This document shows positions 39,485 through 53,272 of a stretch of DNA of 64,000 nucleotides, one piece after another. The first letter of the stretch is position 1. Every line of letters starts with the position of its first letter. A program made the translations under genes and the position numbers. This stretch comes from Octopus sinensis. Its lineage: Eukaryota. Location: positions 31,930,001-31,994,000 of the forward strand of contig NC_042997.1 in assembly GCF_006345805.1 (NCBI RefSeq), written 5' to 3'. The notes below the pieces were generated by a model. The model was not told the DNA's origin. It saw only the letters and a list, made by a program, of their open reading frames with translations, and made no database searches.

Positions 39485-39575
39485 ATTGACGCTAAATACT
39501 ATGACTTTAGCAATAGAAAGTTCCCAAGTGTACACACAATTAGGGGTGGCTGTTTCAGTGACAGGAATTGCACAG
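39485..39575 (+). CDS. FLOT1: Flotillin-1 exon 3b (91 nt, phase 2 to 0): (R)LTLNTMTLAIESSQVYTQLGVAVSVTGIAQ
   Basis: Acceptor ttgttacag and donor CAG|gtaagt; open frame. Closer to the canonical LNTMTL/VTGIAQ flotillin-1 sequence than 3a is. Confidence 0.93.
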
Positions 39576-42500
39576 GTAAGTCTTCCTTTTATTTGCTGTA
39601 CATTATTTTATATTTTTGTTTGTGTTTGTTTTTTTGTTTTTTTTTATATATATATACATACCTTCCTTACCCACTCACTGTTGCAATGATAACAACACCG
39701 TTTCTTTATTGTCTGCTTACACTAGTCTACTCCTTTTTTTCTTATTTTTATTTACAAATAAATAAATTAAAATGCTTGAAGATTACATGTTTTATATTGT
39801 TTGACTTTTTCATCAGTAAATTTTATTAAAGTACTTTCATCAGTATATTAACCTTGCTGTAATGGCTAGTCATAACAGATGAGTGTTTTTCAACTGAAAT
39901 GTTGCTTGACAGTGTTAGGGAATACTGCTAAACAGTTAAATTTAATACACTGAATCATAAAAGATGACAAATGGGTCGAACAAAATAAAAGGTAGAGCAG
40001 TAGACCTTTTAAGTTTTCACTCTTGTCTTTTTACTTAGTTTTCAAATCGTGCTCATGTCAGCTTGGCATTTTGGATTTTTAGTGTTTAAAAACTGTATAA
40101 AATATATTTTCTGAGTTCAGTTCAGTTTGCCAAACTTTTACCATAGGAATTTGTAGCTTTCTGCCAGTTTAATAAATCAATATTCTTTTCTACTCTAGGG
40201 CACAAGACTTGAAATTTTGGGGGAGGTAGGGGCCAGCCAATTAGATCGACCCTAGTATGCAACTGGTGCTTATTTTATCAACCCCAAAAGGACGCAAGGC
40301 AAAGTCAACCTCAGAGGAATTTGAACTCAGACTGTAAAGACAGACAAAATGCTGCTAAGCATTTTGCCCGGCATGCTAATGTTTCTGCCAGCTCGTCATC
40401 TTTTTTGGGGAGGGGGCCAGTCAATTAGATTCACCCCAGTAGGCAACTGGCACTTAATTTATTGACGCCAAAAGAATGAAAGGCGAAGTCAACCTTGGCG
40501 AAATTTGAACTCAGAGCGTAAAGACTGATGAAATACCACTAAGCATATCGCCTGACGTGCTATTAATAAATCAATATTGCACTAAAACAGATGGAGAAAG
40601 GCTGAGTTGGTAAAGTGTCTCCTTTCAATATCATCTTGCCGAAAACCATCCTTAGGTCTAAGAAGAAAGGCTTCCTTAAAGGTTCTAAATTAAAACCTTC
40701 CCAACTACTGGCATACTTCAATGCAAGGAAAGCTAAAAAGAGAAAAAAAAAAGGTAGTGGGGAGAGATTGAACCTTTAGCATTTAAACTGGCCATACCTG
40801 GCCCAAATATTCTGTTCTATGTTCAAACTAACCAGATCCAGCCTCTCACACCTACTCTACAATGTTGTTCTAAACATGAGCAATCACATCATTGAAATCT
40901 TGAAGCTATGAGATAATGTATGATTTATTGAAAACAATATCAATAAATAAACATTACATTTGAGAGAGTAATCTGAATGCTAAAGGGTTAAAGTAAAAAA
41001 TTTAGAATGACATTTTGCCTTGTTTTACTAATACTAATGATAAAATTATACTTTCTTAATTTTTAAGATACTCGAGTATTGTTATGGATTTTCTAATGCC
41101 ATAAAATACATTTTTTAAAACCCACATTGTACCAAGGTACTCCTTGAGGTACCCTAATGCATAATAGCATTACTGCATTTGAGAACTAGTACTCTATATT
41201 TTGTGTTGCATCCCACAAATAATAGTCTGACATGGATTTAGTCAATGTTTCTTGGCTTCCTGTTCATTCGATAGATATCTAAAAGCTTCAGTGATTAGAT
41301 ACACTTCTTTAAAATGTGGAACTGTCTTGCAACAAAGGTTGATAAAAACCAAAGTTTGAGAAATTTTGCTAAAATTCCAATGTTTTATTCTTTCTTTTAA
41401 ACATTACTTATATAAACAATACTGATACTTAATAACTTCCAATTTGGAGATCTTTTTAATTTGATTCATTAATATACAAAAGAAAATAAAGAAAACACAT
41501 GAAAGCAACTATGTAATGTCGTTGTTTACTGAAATATAATTTCATTTTGATCATAATACAGTATGATCCCTTGTGTGGTATAAATGAATATAGTTAAAAA
41601 AAAGAGTTCTTTTGAAATAATTTCAATTTCATTCATAATAGTTTCTATTAACTGTTTTTTTTTTTTTTTAACCCATTTTAGCCATAAATTATTAACCAAT
41701 TAAATGCTTTATTCAAACTGGTTAGGAATAACAATTACAAAAACAATTTGAATTGTTTACTGAAATGTTTTGCAATTTGAACACTTATAATTTTGTTTTT
41801 GTCAAATCCAAAACGTTTTTATTGATACTAATTAAGTTTTCATCAAATTCATTGAGACTAGTATTGTACATTCGAAAAAAGAACCATCTTAATTTTCAAA
41901 ATAAGCTTCAGGTCATAGATCATTGACATTACATTAAATATATTACAGTTTGAATAGGATAATATCTCAGCTAATGATTTCTGCATATATAAATATCATG
42001 TTATGTTTTATATCTTTTGCTTTTTTTTTTTTTTGTGTGTGTTGATTTAAGATCATTTAGATCTTCAAGTATGATAAAGGAACATTTTATGCATTTCTAA
42101 TTATGAATGAGGAACTAGGTGGGGGGCAGGATGAAAAGTCGTTGCCTTCATTTCAGTTATCTTTGATAGGTTATTCTTTAGTTTTCCTTAATTCTTTGTA
42201 TAGTGATTTCCAAATTCATCAGAAACTGAGGAGGTTGGGTAAGGATTAGTGAACAGTGTATAATAAGATAGACCATATTTTGTGTATATATCCTTTACAA
42301 TATATGTAACCATGAAAATGCAATCAAACTTGGGTATATGCTATACTTTTGATTGTAAATTTTTTGGTAAATTTTGCATAAAAATTAATCATGCCTAATT
42401 GATTCAATAAATACCCAGCCTAAATGATAGATTAATTAATGAACACATATTCACAGCATGTATCCTGATGATACATCCCTGTTCCATGCTGGTATAAGTT

Positions 42501-42619
42501 AGATAGTTTGATAAGATACAATAGGTCTATTCTCCAATTTTTTTTTTATTTATCTAGTTTCAGCTCACTAGCCATGGCCATGCTGGGGCACCGCCATTTG
42601 GTGTTGCTACATGATTTTA

Positions 42620-42900
42620 CTTCACGAATGCTTTTTAGCAATTGCCATTTGGTGCATGAGAGAGTTCGATGCAGCTGCCCTCATCTGCACCTCCTGCCGT
42701 GAAGTTGGTTCATCTGGGATACCTGACAAGAAAAGATCCAGTTTCATTTTAAAGACATCTGCATCCACCCCATGCAGGTCTCTTAGGTTCTTCGGGAGGA
42801 TATTGAAGAGCTGTGGGCCTCGGAAGCCCAGGCTATCACAGTATCTTGTCCTACATCTTGATGGCAAATTTGGAGTCCTTGGCACTATGCAGTGGCGCCC
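42620..42900 (-). mobile_element. CR1/L2-like LINE ORF2 C-terminal fragment
   Basis: SLGFRGPQLFNILPKNLR...FKMKLDLFLSGIPDEP resembles the C-terminus of CR1-group ORF2 proteins. Confidence 0.7.
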
Positions 42901-44258
42901 AGTTCTGGCATTTGTGTAACTCTCGATGCCAAAGTTTGGGACAATGTTTGTTTTAACATGGTTTCTACTGCTGGATGCCTGTCCTTGCAGAGTATACTGA
43001 GTGTTTTCTTTTTTTTATTTATTGTGGTGCTATCACTAATGAGGTTGGCATGCAGCTTGCAAGAAAAAGACTGAATGAGCTAGCTACAAGAGAGAGGGAA
43101 GTAGCTTTGTTCCTGCAGACGAGGGATTAAAAAGTATAAGAAGCCAGGCAACCGGTTGCTTGCTGTTGAGATTTTATCCCAATGTTAGATTACATATTTA
43201 GTAAAACAACTATTGATTATTTGGTTTTACTTGAGATTTAACATCTGCTTAGAGCTACAATAACTATGAGGCTAAAGGTTAACAAATGCCTGCTAAACCA
43301 CAAATTTAAGCTATTACTGCAGTCCTGTTGTTTTCATTGGCATTGCTTGCTGTCGTATAGCTGACAGACAACAGGTTCCATTCTTACTTTGGAGTTTTAT
43401 AATTATCAAAAGAATTTGGAAATGACTTTAAAAAATAAGGAATAACCAGTCATGATTGTTTTTAATATTTATATTGTTGGACACTCGCGGAGTGGTTGGC
43501 GTTAGGAAGGGCATCCAGCTGTAGAAACACTGCCAGATCAGACTGGAGCCTGGAGCAGCCCCTGGCTTCCCAGACCCCGGTTGAACCGTCCAACCCGTAC
43601 TAGCGCGGAAAACGGATGTTAAACGATGATGATGATGATGAGCAACAATCTTTACAGTTAAATGTCTGTAAATGGGCCATCTCAAGCAATATGTAAATAT
43701 CCAGATATGTGCAAATATTTATTTTACCATAAGGCATAAGAATTTATAAACTTTGAGGGAACAAGAGAATTCTGTTTTTGTTTTTGGTTGAAACAGTGGA
43801 TCTCAAAGCAGATGATATTGCTCAAAGTAACAGCCTCTAAATATTGGGTCAAAAAGCCCTTTGGTTTGAACATCTGTGGATTTGTTTCATAGATACGGAT
43901 TAGTATCCTATGGGTTGCCTTTGACTTTTTTGATCTAAAGGTGTTTTTAGCTCAATATTATACATTTATAGCTTTATCTGCTTCAAGGTCCACCCACTGT
44001 TCCCAAGAAGAATTTTGTGTATGTGTCTTTTACTTTCAGTCATTAGACTGCTGGCATGCTGGGGGCACCACCATGAATTTTTAGTCTAGTGAGTCAACTC
44101 CAGTACTGACTATTTTAAAGCCTGGTACTTATTATATCAGTTACTTTTACTGAACTGCTGAGTTATGGAGGGTGTAACCACCAACACAGGTTGTCAAACA
44201 GTAGTGGGGGACACACACTATGTATGTATGTATGTATGTATGTATGCATGTATATATA

Positions 44259-44289
<31 letters not shown>

Positions 44290-47200
44290 CATACATACAC
44301 ACACACACACACAATGGGCTTCTTTCAATTTACACCTACTTCCACTTACAAAGTTTTGATTGGCCTAAGGCTACAGTAGAAGACACTTGCTCAAGGTGCT
44401 ATATAGTGGGACTGAACCTGGAACAATGTGGTTGGAAATCAGACTTCTTTTCACGCAGCTACACCTGTGCATATATATATATGAATGTCAGTACCTTGTA
44501 TCTGGAAATTTCATCTCCAAGTTATAGGCTTGGACAAGGATTTTTTAAAGAAGACTAGCAGTTACCTATGTATGCAAGTCTCTTTTCTCCATACCTACAA
44601 CATCAAAGAGAAAGGCAAACCTGATACTACTTGGCATTAGTGTTATTGCAGGTATTACTGAAAGAACACATAGCCTGTATGAATACAATAAAGCATCTCA
44701 TCCAACACTCTTACTGTTCCACCAATCTGTAACCCTGGACTAGGTATTTTATTTTTTTTATCAACCCTTAAAGGATAAAAGGCAAAGTTGATTTCACTGA
44801 AATTTGATCTCAGAGCTTAGAGTGTTGGAATAAATACAAATTATTTTATCTGGTGCTCTAAAAATTCTGCCAATCTATCTCCATTTGTTCAGTTAACATC
44901 TGTTTTTCCATGCTAGCACATGAACAGGGGCTTCATCTGAAGCAGGATTTTATGGCTGAACCTTCTGCTAGTCACCAACGCTTTCTTGCTTTTCAAGTAA
45001 AAGACTTCACAGCTTTTTGAAGTTGTAGAACAAATGGGACATAATGTCAATAAGGAATGTAAATTACATTCACTGTTTTTTTCTCAAGCAAAGCTGTTGG
45101 ATGTAAATTCCCCCCACCACACACATGCACACATATGACAGGCTTCCTACAGTTTCTGTCTGTCAAATTCACTTGCAAACGTTGGTTGCTGCAAAGTGAA
45201 TTCTTTAACTACATAGCCATACCTGTGTATGCACATACATACACACATGCTTTTGTGTATTGTTTTAAAAATAGGGGATCTTTAAGCCAGTTGTCTTTTC
45301 TACAGCTATCTATTGTAAAAAAGCAAAAATATTAATACTAGTAATTCTTTCTACAAGGCCTGAAATTTGTAGGGAGGGAGCTATTCCATTACATCAACCC
45401 CATTGCTCAGCTGGTACTTATTTTATCAATCCCCAAAAAGATGGAAGGCAAAGTTGACTTCAGTGGAATTTGAACTCGGAATGAAATGATGTACAAAATG
45501 CCACTAATCATTTTATCCAGCATGCTAACAATTTTGTCACCTCACCACCTTAATGATAACGATGATATTAATTATAATTCTACTATAGGCACAAGGCCTG
45601 AAATTTTAAAGGGAGAGAGCTAGTCAATTACTATGACCCAGTGCTTGATTAATCATTAAGCAAAATAAGCATGTGCTTAGGGCATCAGGGAAAGTGGTGG
45701 TGGGGGACACCACATAAATGGTAATTGGTTTATGGTACAAAAAATCACTTTGAATTTGCTAGAATGATATTCGGGATGCCTTATCTCTACTAAGTATAGA
45801 AGCAGATGAGTTACGTGAGATTAATTTTAAGGAGCTGATCAGAGGCTGCAATTTTAAAAAATGTGGGAGAAAGCTTTTTGAATATAAATAAAGTGGAACA
45901 TTATTTTCCATCTTACTGTTAGTTTTGTTTCATTTTGAAAACTAAAAATTTATATTATGTTTTATTATTGTTTATATTTTGAATTCCATATATATGGGGG
46001 CACCAATATCTTCCAAGCTCATAGGGCCTCAATGGGTCTTAACCCAACTCTGCTATGACCCCTAGTGCTCGATTGGTACCTATTTTATCAACTCCAAAAG
46101 GATAAAAAGGCTAAGATGACCTACCACGGCAGAATTTGAACCCATAGCATAAAGATGCATGAAATGCTTCTTAGAATTCTGCCAACTCTCCACCTGCCCA
46201 TCCAACCACTCCTGAGCACCCATAGCAGAACCTTCCACTATCCCTCATGTTCCTACCCACACACTCTCTATATCCTCACCGATCTACCATACCCACCTTC
46301 CAGGCACTCCCTCGGCACCCCATGCTGCAGTCACTTCTTCCCCATCTTTAAACATCTCCCCTCACATTCTTATAGAACATTCCCCTCTATCCCCTCTGTA
46401 TCACTTATACTCCCCCTCCCCCACTGTTCCTCCATCAACCCCCTTGGAGCCTGGTGCAGCCATCTGGTTCGCCAGTACTCAGTCAAATCGTCCAACCCAT
46501 GCCAGCATGGTAAGCGGATGTTAAACGACGATGTTAATGATATCTTTCCTTTCCTACTGGGGTAGCCATGTATCTCCTCTATAGTTAAACCTTTCAACTG
46601 GCACATCTTCTCCTCCATCAGTTCTACTTCCTCTCCCAGTTCAGAGGTCTTTATCTTGTAAATTTCTTGGTGGCCTCACAGATTTTAGTGCCACATAACA
46701 AGCACCCAGTACACTCTGTAAAATGGTTGAGATTAGGAAGCCTTAGAAACCACACCAAAGAAGGCAATGGAACCTGGTACAGCTTGCCTAGCTCTTGTCA
46801 AACTATCCAACTCGTGCTTACATGGAAGATGTAAATGTTAAATGATGATGATGATGATGATTGAGTAAAAATATTATATTCAGTTAAGTCTCTGAAAATC
46901 TTTTCGATTTATTTAAAATATTCTCTTGAATATCAGGCATTTAAATTGCAACATGACAAAAATTTAAGATGGAAAATATGAATAAATAAGTTTTTTCACA
47001 GATTTGGTGCTCTATGATATTATCATCATCATCATTGTTAACTACATGTGTCTTGCAATTCTTGTACATGTTTAATGCATTGATGCTTATCAGCAAGAGG
47101 CAGTCCAGTTCTGCAGTAATAGCATAGCTAATTTGAAGCTTGTTACTTGGTTACAGAAACTGAAAAAAAGGAAAAACACAGATAATTTCATTTACATATG

Positions 47201-48790
47201 AATAGCATTGCATAACTGAAATCCCATAGTCTGATATCGATTTCATTTATGTTTTTGTTATCGTTATTAACTTTGGATCTGACATTTAGTTACATATCTT
47301 CATGCTCTGGGTTCAAATCTTACCTAGTCTTGATTTTTGCCTCTTATTCCTCTCTAGTTCTTAACCCTTTCATTACTAGCCCGGCTGAAACCGGCTCTGG
47401 TTCTGAGTACAAATGTCTTGTTTTCGTAAGTTTTGGATTAAAATCTTCCACCAAACCCGAGTCACAATTTACATTTCTAACACTAGCTGAATGATAACTA
47501 AGTTATTTTACTAAATTTTTTGTTATATTTAAAGCAATTGAAAGAAACACAGATCATCTCAAAATAAATACAGTAACGAAAGGGTTAAAATATATACACT
47601 GATATGTTTAAGTTCATTTAGGGAATTTCACTTCTTCCATTAACATTATTACTAAGCTGGGGAGAATCATTAGCATGCCAGATAAAATGCTTTGCCATGT
47701 TTCTACCAGCTCTTGACATTCAAATACCACCAAAGTCAACTTTGCCATTCATGCAGGGTAAGAATAAGTACAAGTGAAGTACTGAGCTGGATGTAATCAA
47801 TCAACCCCTGTCCATAAACCATAAGAAAGTGGCAAAATAGCAGAACTGTTAGCATGCCAGGCAAAATTTTTAGTGGCATTTCATCTGTCTTTACGTTCGG
47901 AGCTCAAATTCCACTGATCATTTTTGCATTTTAGAATCTATAAAATAAGTACCAGTCATGTACTAGGGTTGGTGTAATCAACTCACCGTCACCTTCAAAA
48001 ACTGCAGGCCCTGTACCAAAATTTGAAGCTATTATTTATTATTATTATCAAGGCAGCAAGATGGGGAGAATCATAAGCATGCCAGGCAAAATGGTTTGCA
48101 GTATTTCTTCTGACTCATTACTTTCTTCGCTCAAATCTTGCTTGGATCAGCTTTGTCTTTCAAGGTCGATAAAATAAGTATCACTTCGGCACTGGGATTG
48201 ATATAAAAGTACCATTCAAATTCTGGATCCTATGGTATCACCTAATCCACTTCCCTTCAAAATTGCCAACCTTGTATCTAAATTAGATATAATTAAGAAT
48301 TTGCTATAGCAGAAGCATCAGTGTTTTTCAGCTGTTTCAACACTTTACATTCCAAGTTCTAATTCTGCTCATGCTGACTTGTCCGTCCACCTGAAATATA
48401 TGTATAACTAACCCACCAAAAAGTTGGCCTTATGTTTAATTAAAATAATTTATTTGTATTGTTTAAGATGGGTCTGTCTGACATATTCCTCTTGTTAATT
48501 CTCTACAAAGCTTCTTTATTTTTTTTCGTCAGCCAATGTCTACAGCAAAAAAAAAAACTGTAGACAGTGAAGTGGGGTAAATATTTAAACAGAATGAACT
48601 GTACTAAAGGTACCCAAAATCTAGCCATCATGTAAAGCATACTATGCAAATTAGGTGTATTATATGACAATTATAATTGGTGATTTTTTTTTTTTTTTGC
48701 AGTGTGGTATGTCATTTAATGACTGACATTTAATGAAGTTATCAATTGTATATCAATGTTTGTTTATTTTCCTTTGTGTCCCATTGTTAG

Positions 48791-48934
48791 ATTAAAGTAC
48801 AAGGTTCCAATGATGAAATGCTTCACACTGCGTGTGAACTATTCCTTGGCAAAAATGAAAATGAGATCGAGAAGGTTGCAAAAGAGACACTTGAAGGTCA
48901 CCAGCGTGCCATAATGGGAAACATGACTGTTGAG
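48791..48934 (+). CDS. FLOT1: Flotillin-1 exon 4 (144 nt): [48 protein letters not shown]
   Basis: Acceptor ccattgttag and donor GAG|gttggt. Contains the diagnostic [10 protein letters not shown] and MLxxACxxFLGK motifs of flotillin-1. Not listed in the ORF track. Confidence 0.96.
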
Positions 48935-49689
48935 GTTGGTAAACATTTTACAGCAAAATTCAATATTTGCATACATGTTCACATTTAGAAATACTAGTCT
49001 ACTTAGACACTGAGATGCAGGGACAAAAGCGTACTTGGATAAGTGTGGAGCTTATTAAGCTACTCTGAATTATTTTCTATGCTGACAATTTTATCTGGTT
49101 TCTATGGATATATTGATCAGTTATCAAGAAGTCGAGATATTAAAGTATGAAGTATGTAAACATACACGCATCAGCAGCCTTATGAGCAAGAATATTATTT
49201 GTGTTTTATATTGCAATTGATGGACAATAGTATTGGTTACATTTGTCAAAAATGTAGTGAACCTGTGATTAGCCAATAGATCAATCACTGGCTCACTACC
49301 TTTTTGTGGAAAATAGCAATGGAATTGTCTAACTCAGCAGAATGAATCACACATCTGACTGCACTTGGTTTTCAATTACCTTACCAATGTTTTTGCCTTT
49401 CTCTAACACATACACATACATAAGGCTAGCTTCTGCATATTTTCCTTCTACTAAATTCTATCGAGGCATTGGCCACTCTCAAGGCTCTGGCAAAAAGGCA
49501 CTCCCACAGGATTCTACACAGGACAAAATCCAGGTTGTGAAATGGCCTTATATATACATATCATACCCATGTCCAGCTTTACTACTCTTACTTTAGAAAT
49601 AAAGGTTTTCTGTTTGTATCGAGTTTGGTACTAAATATGTGCCAAGAATAAAATATTTGATAAAAGCAAAATGGCAATTTTGAGAAGGA

Positions 49690-50047
49690 CCGAGAGAGCA
49701 ATGTGCAGTGTAAAATTATTGGATAAAAGGAGGGATGAAGACTTGATGGGGATGCTGGGGTTGAAGGAATTGGTGGAACAGCTGGCAAGGGCAAATGGAA
49801 TGCAGTGGTAGGTACATGTGTTGAGGAGGGATGAGGATCATGTTCTGAGGTGAGTGCTTAAGTTTAAAGTTGAATGAACTGCAAAAGTGAGGTCGACCAA
49901 AGAAAACGTGGAGGAGGAGATTGGGAGGGTTGGCTTGAAGAGAGAAGATGCCAAAAACTGGGTGAGGTGGTATGAGAGCAGTTGCTGTAAGAGTGAGGTA
50001 GATCCGGTCACCCCTGTTAATGGGAACAAACCTGGATTTAAAATATT
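49690..50047 (+). mobile_element. Degenerate RTE LINE 3' end
   Basis: Interrupted HVLRRDEDHVLR..LKFKVE...GRPKKTWRR. Confidence 0.6.
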
Positions 50048-50700
50048 GGAAATGCAATGAAAATATTTCCCATTTAATGATTAGGTGGTTAAAAGTTACC
50101 TAATAGACAGACGTATTTATAAGGTATTTAGATGTTTTAAGTTCATGCATTTTTTGCTTATACAGGCAATCTTGAGGTAAGGCTTTTGATTTTACTTCAG
50201 TATAAAATGAGATTGATAAGTCTTAGGTGGTTTTTTTATAAACCATAATTGAAAATGTAGTAGTTAAATGTTCAAACTGGAAAGAAAACATAATTGCTGA
50301 AAGTAAAAGTGAAAATCGAACTAAAAAGAAATAAAAAAAACTAATATTTGAAGCATTGACATTGTTTTATATTCCAATCTTTTCCATGCTTGCATGGGTC
50401 AGATGGAATCCATTGATGCAGACCATCTATGGCTGGATGTCTTTCCTGCCACCAACCTTCACCTGTTTCCAAGGAAACCGAAAACTAACAACTCTGCTTG
50501 ATTAATGGTGATGCTTGTTTATGACCATCATGAAATGTAAAGACAATGGCACATGCATGTGCACACACACACACTTATATGATGGGCTTCTTTCAGTTTC
50601 TTTCTACCAAATTCAGTCACAGAGCTTAGGTTGGCTTGGAGCTATAGTAATAGATACTTGCCCAAGATGCCATTCAGTAGGATTGAACACAAAACCATAT

Positions 50701-50869
50701 AGGCACAGGAGTGGCTGTGTGGTAAGTAGCTTGCTAACCAGCCACATGGTTCCGGGTTCAGTCCCACTGCGTGGCATCTTGGGCAAGTATCTTCTGCTAC
50801 AGCCCCGGGCCGACCAATGCCTTGTGAGTGGATTTGGTAGACGGAAACTGAAAGAAGCCTGTCGTATAT

Positions 50870-50900
<31 letters not shown>

Positions 50901-51119
50901 GTATGTGTTTGCGTGTCTGTGTTTGTCTTCCTAGCATTGCTTGACAACCGATGCTGGTGTGTTTATGTCCCCGTTACTTAGCGGTTCGGCAAAAAGAGAC
51001 CGATAGAATAAGTACTGGGCTTACAAAAGAATAAGTCCCGGGGTCGAGTTGCTCGATTGAAGGCGGTGCTCCAGCATGGCCGCAGTCAAATGACTGAAAC
51101 AAGTGAAAGAGTAAAAGAG
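50701..51119 (+). mobile_element. Family A SINE, full length
   Basis: Same consensus. Confidence 0.85.
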
Positions 51120-52553
51120 TTGTGAAACAAACTTAACCGCACAGCCAAAATGAAGAACTTGATTGTTTTTAGCGGATTTTAAGTTCAGTTTTGTTTCATG
51201 TAAAATTTGTAATGTTAAACTGGAGGTGGAAGAAAATTGTAACTGTCATTTTTGATTTGTTAATTTATGTAAGTGAACAGATATATTGTGGCAATTTTAT
51301 TTAATGCAGCCTGTTGAGGAAGATTGAGAGAAAAAAATAGATAGAAGCACCATTTTTATCTTTTGATAATCGAAAGTTTGTATCATGGGATGTTTATTTC
51401 TTCTATGTTATCATAATAGTTACCATGGTAATGTAAAATAAAAAAAAAAATAAATAAAAAAAAAAGCAGCTTTGAGTATCTGTAAGGAACACAATGATTA
51501 CGGATAGCTTGGCTTTTGCAGCAACTCTCTCGCTCTCTCGTTGTCTGCCTTCATTGTTATTGCAGGTTACTATAGAAATTCAGCAGCTAGCTGTACACAA
51601 GTTATAATCTCTTAGGTTCTCTATATGCAGCAGCGCTGCTGATAGTAGGAAGAGGAGGAGGACTGAAAATCGCTTCCATCAGCCCCCCCCCTCCCTGTAA
51701 GCCTGCCTAGTAAATAAGCAGCAGCAGCAGTGTACTAGTTAGTAGTCTAGGTCATTTGATCTAGCTAGCCACAATTCTTCTGAATCAATAGATGCCTGTA
51801 AAAAGTGCTTGCAGTTTCGCCTATAAATGTGAATGAATATTTATGATGCTTGACAATTCTAATTTCTGCTTATTTCCTCGACCCTCGTCTCTTAGCAACA
51901 TTCAAGGCATTTTTCTGCAATTCCTCATTAATTCCTTGTTAATGCTTCTATAATTACATTCTGTACGTACATGGGTGTGTACACAAGACTTGCTTTTTAA
52001 AATTCTTCGGTCCATGGGATGTTGCAATGTTGGATATCTTATTCCAAGTATACAGCACTGATGATGTATAAGCATCATCCTCCCACTTCTAATCCCTTAC
52101 ATACTCAAAGATCTATGTCTAAGAAACCAATAATAAGAGGAACATTGACTCTGACTCTCTCTCTCTCTCTCTCCCCCTCACTCACTCACTCACTCTCTCC
52201 CTCTCAATCTGACATGCTACTGTCAAAACACAGGTCATAAGTAATTTTTGAATGTCTATTCACGCTTAATTTAGTTTGTTGGAATTATGAAGGCACCAAA
52301 TAAACTGGCAAATTCTGAGTTAAGTCCTATCAGGTTTAGCTTCAGCTTATACATCTCCAGGCTGGTTGTTTTAGTTGTTTAACTTCATCAGACTAGACTC
52401 CGTGGACTCATGACCAAAGCTGCTTTCATGATCATCCCATCTTTTTGTCTATCGGGGCCCACATTATCCAATGTATTTTTTTTTAAGACAGTAGAATGTC
52501 AGTTGAGGGAGATTTGGCTATTATTTCTACCAAGTCTAATGATCTTGTAGAGA

Positions 52554-52718
52554 GGCGCAGGAGTGGCTGTGTGGTAAGTGGCTTGCTAACCAACCACATG
52601 GTTCCGGGTTCAGTCCCACTGCGTGGCACCTTGGGCAAGTGTCTTCTGCTATAGCCCCGGGCCGACCAATGCCTTGTGAGTGGATTTGGTAGACGGTAAC
52701 TGAAAGAAGCCTGTCGTA

Positions 52719-52767
<49 letters not shown>

Positions 52768-52985
52768 ATGTCTGTGTGTCTGTGTTTGTCCCCCTAGCAT
52801 TGCTTGACAACCGATGCTGGTGTGTTTACATCCCCGTTACTTAGCAGTTCAGCAAAAGAGACCGATAGAATAAGTACTGGGCTTACAAAAGAATAAGTCC
52901 TGGGGTCAAGTTGCTCGATTAAAGGCGGTGCTCCAGCATGTCCGCAGTCAAATGACTGAAACAAGTATAAGAGTAAAAAGAGAGA
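52554..52985 (+). mobile_element. Family A SINE, full length, ending ~170 nt upstream of exon 5
   Basis: Same consensus. Confidence 0.85.
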
Positions 52986-53152
52986 GAGAGAGTTACTCAT
53001 TAATTCACTCATTCCTCCAGAGCTGATGAAATACCAGTTATATAATCTAGTCTACTCAATTATTTCCGTATTGTACAAAAAACAAAAATTATCCTCATGG
53101 TTTGTCAGAAGGAATCAATACTTTGATCTGTTATGTTTGTTTCTCATTTCAG

Positions 53153-53272
53153 GAAATCTATAAGGATCGCAAGAAGTTTTCCAAAGCTGTGTTTGAAGTT
53201 GCCTCTTCGGATTTAGTCAATATGGGGATCTATGTTGTTAGCTATACATTAAAGGACATTAGAGATGATGAG
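53153..53272 (+). CDS. FLOT1: Flotillin-1 exon 5 (120 nt): [40 protein letters not shown]
   Basis: Acceptor ctcatttcag and donor GAG|gtaagc. Near-identical to the flotillin-1 [35 protein letters not shown] motif. Confidence 0.97.

Noticed and set aside
43148-43159. Palindrome gcaaccggttgc containing a Grainyhead-type AACCGGTT site
   Set aside because: An 8-mer is expected about once by chance in a window this size; no supporting context.
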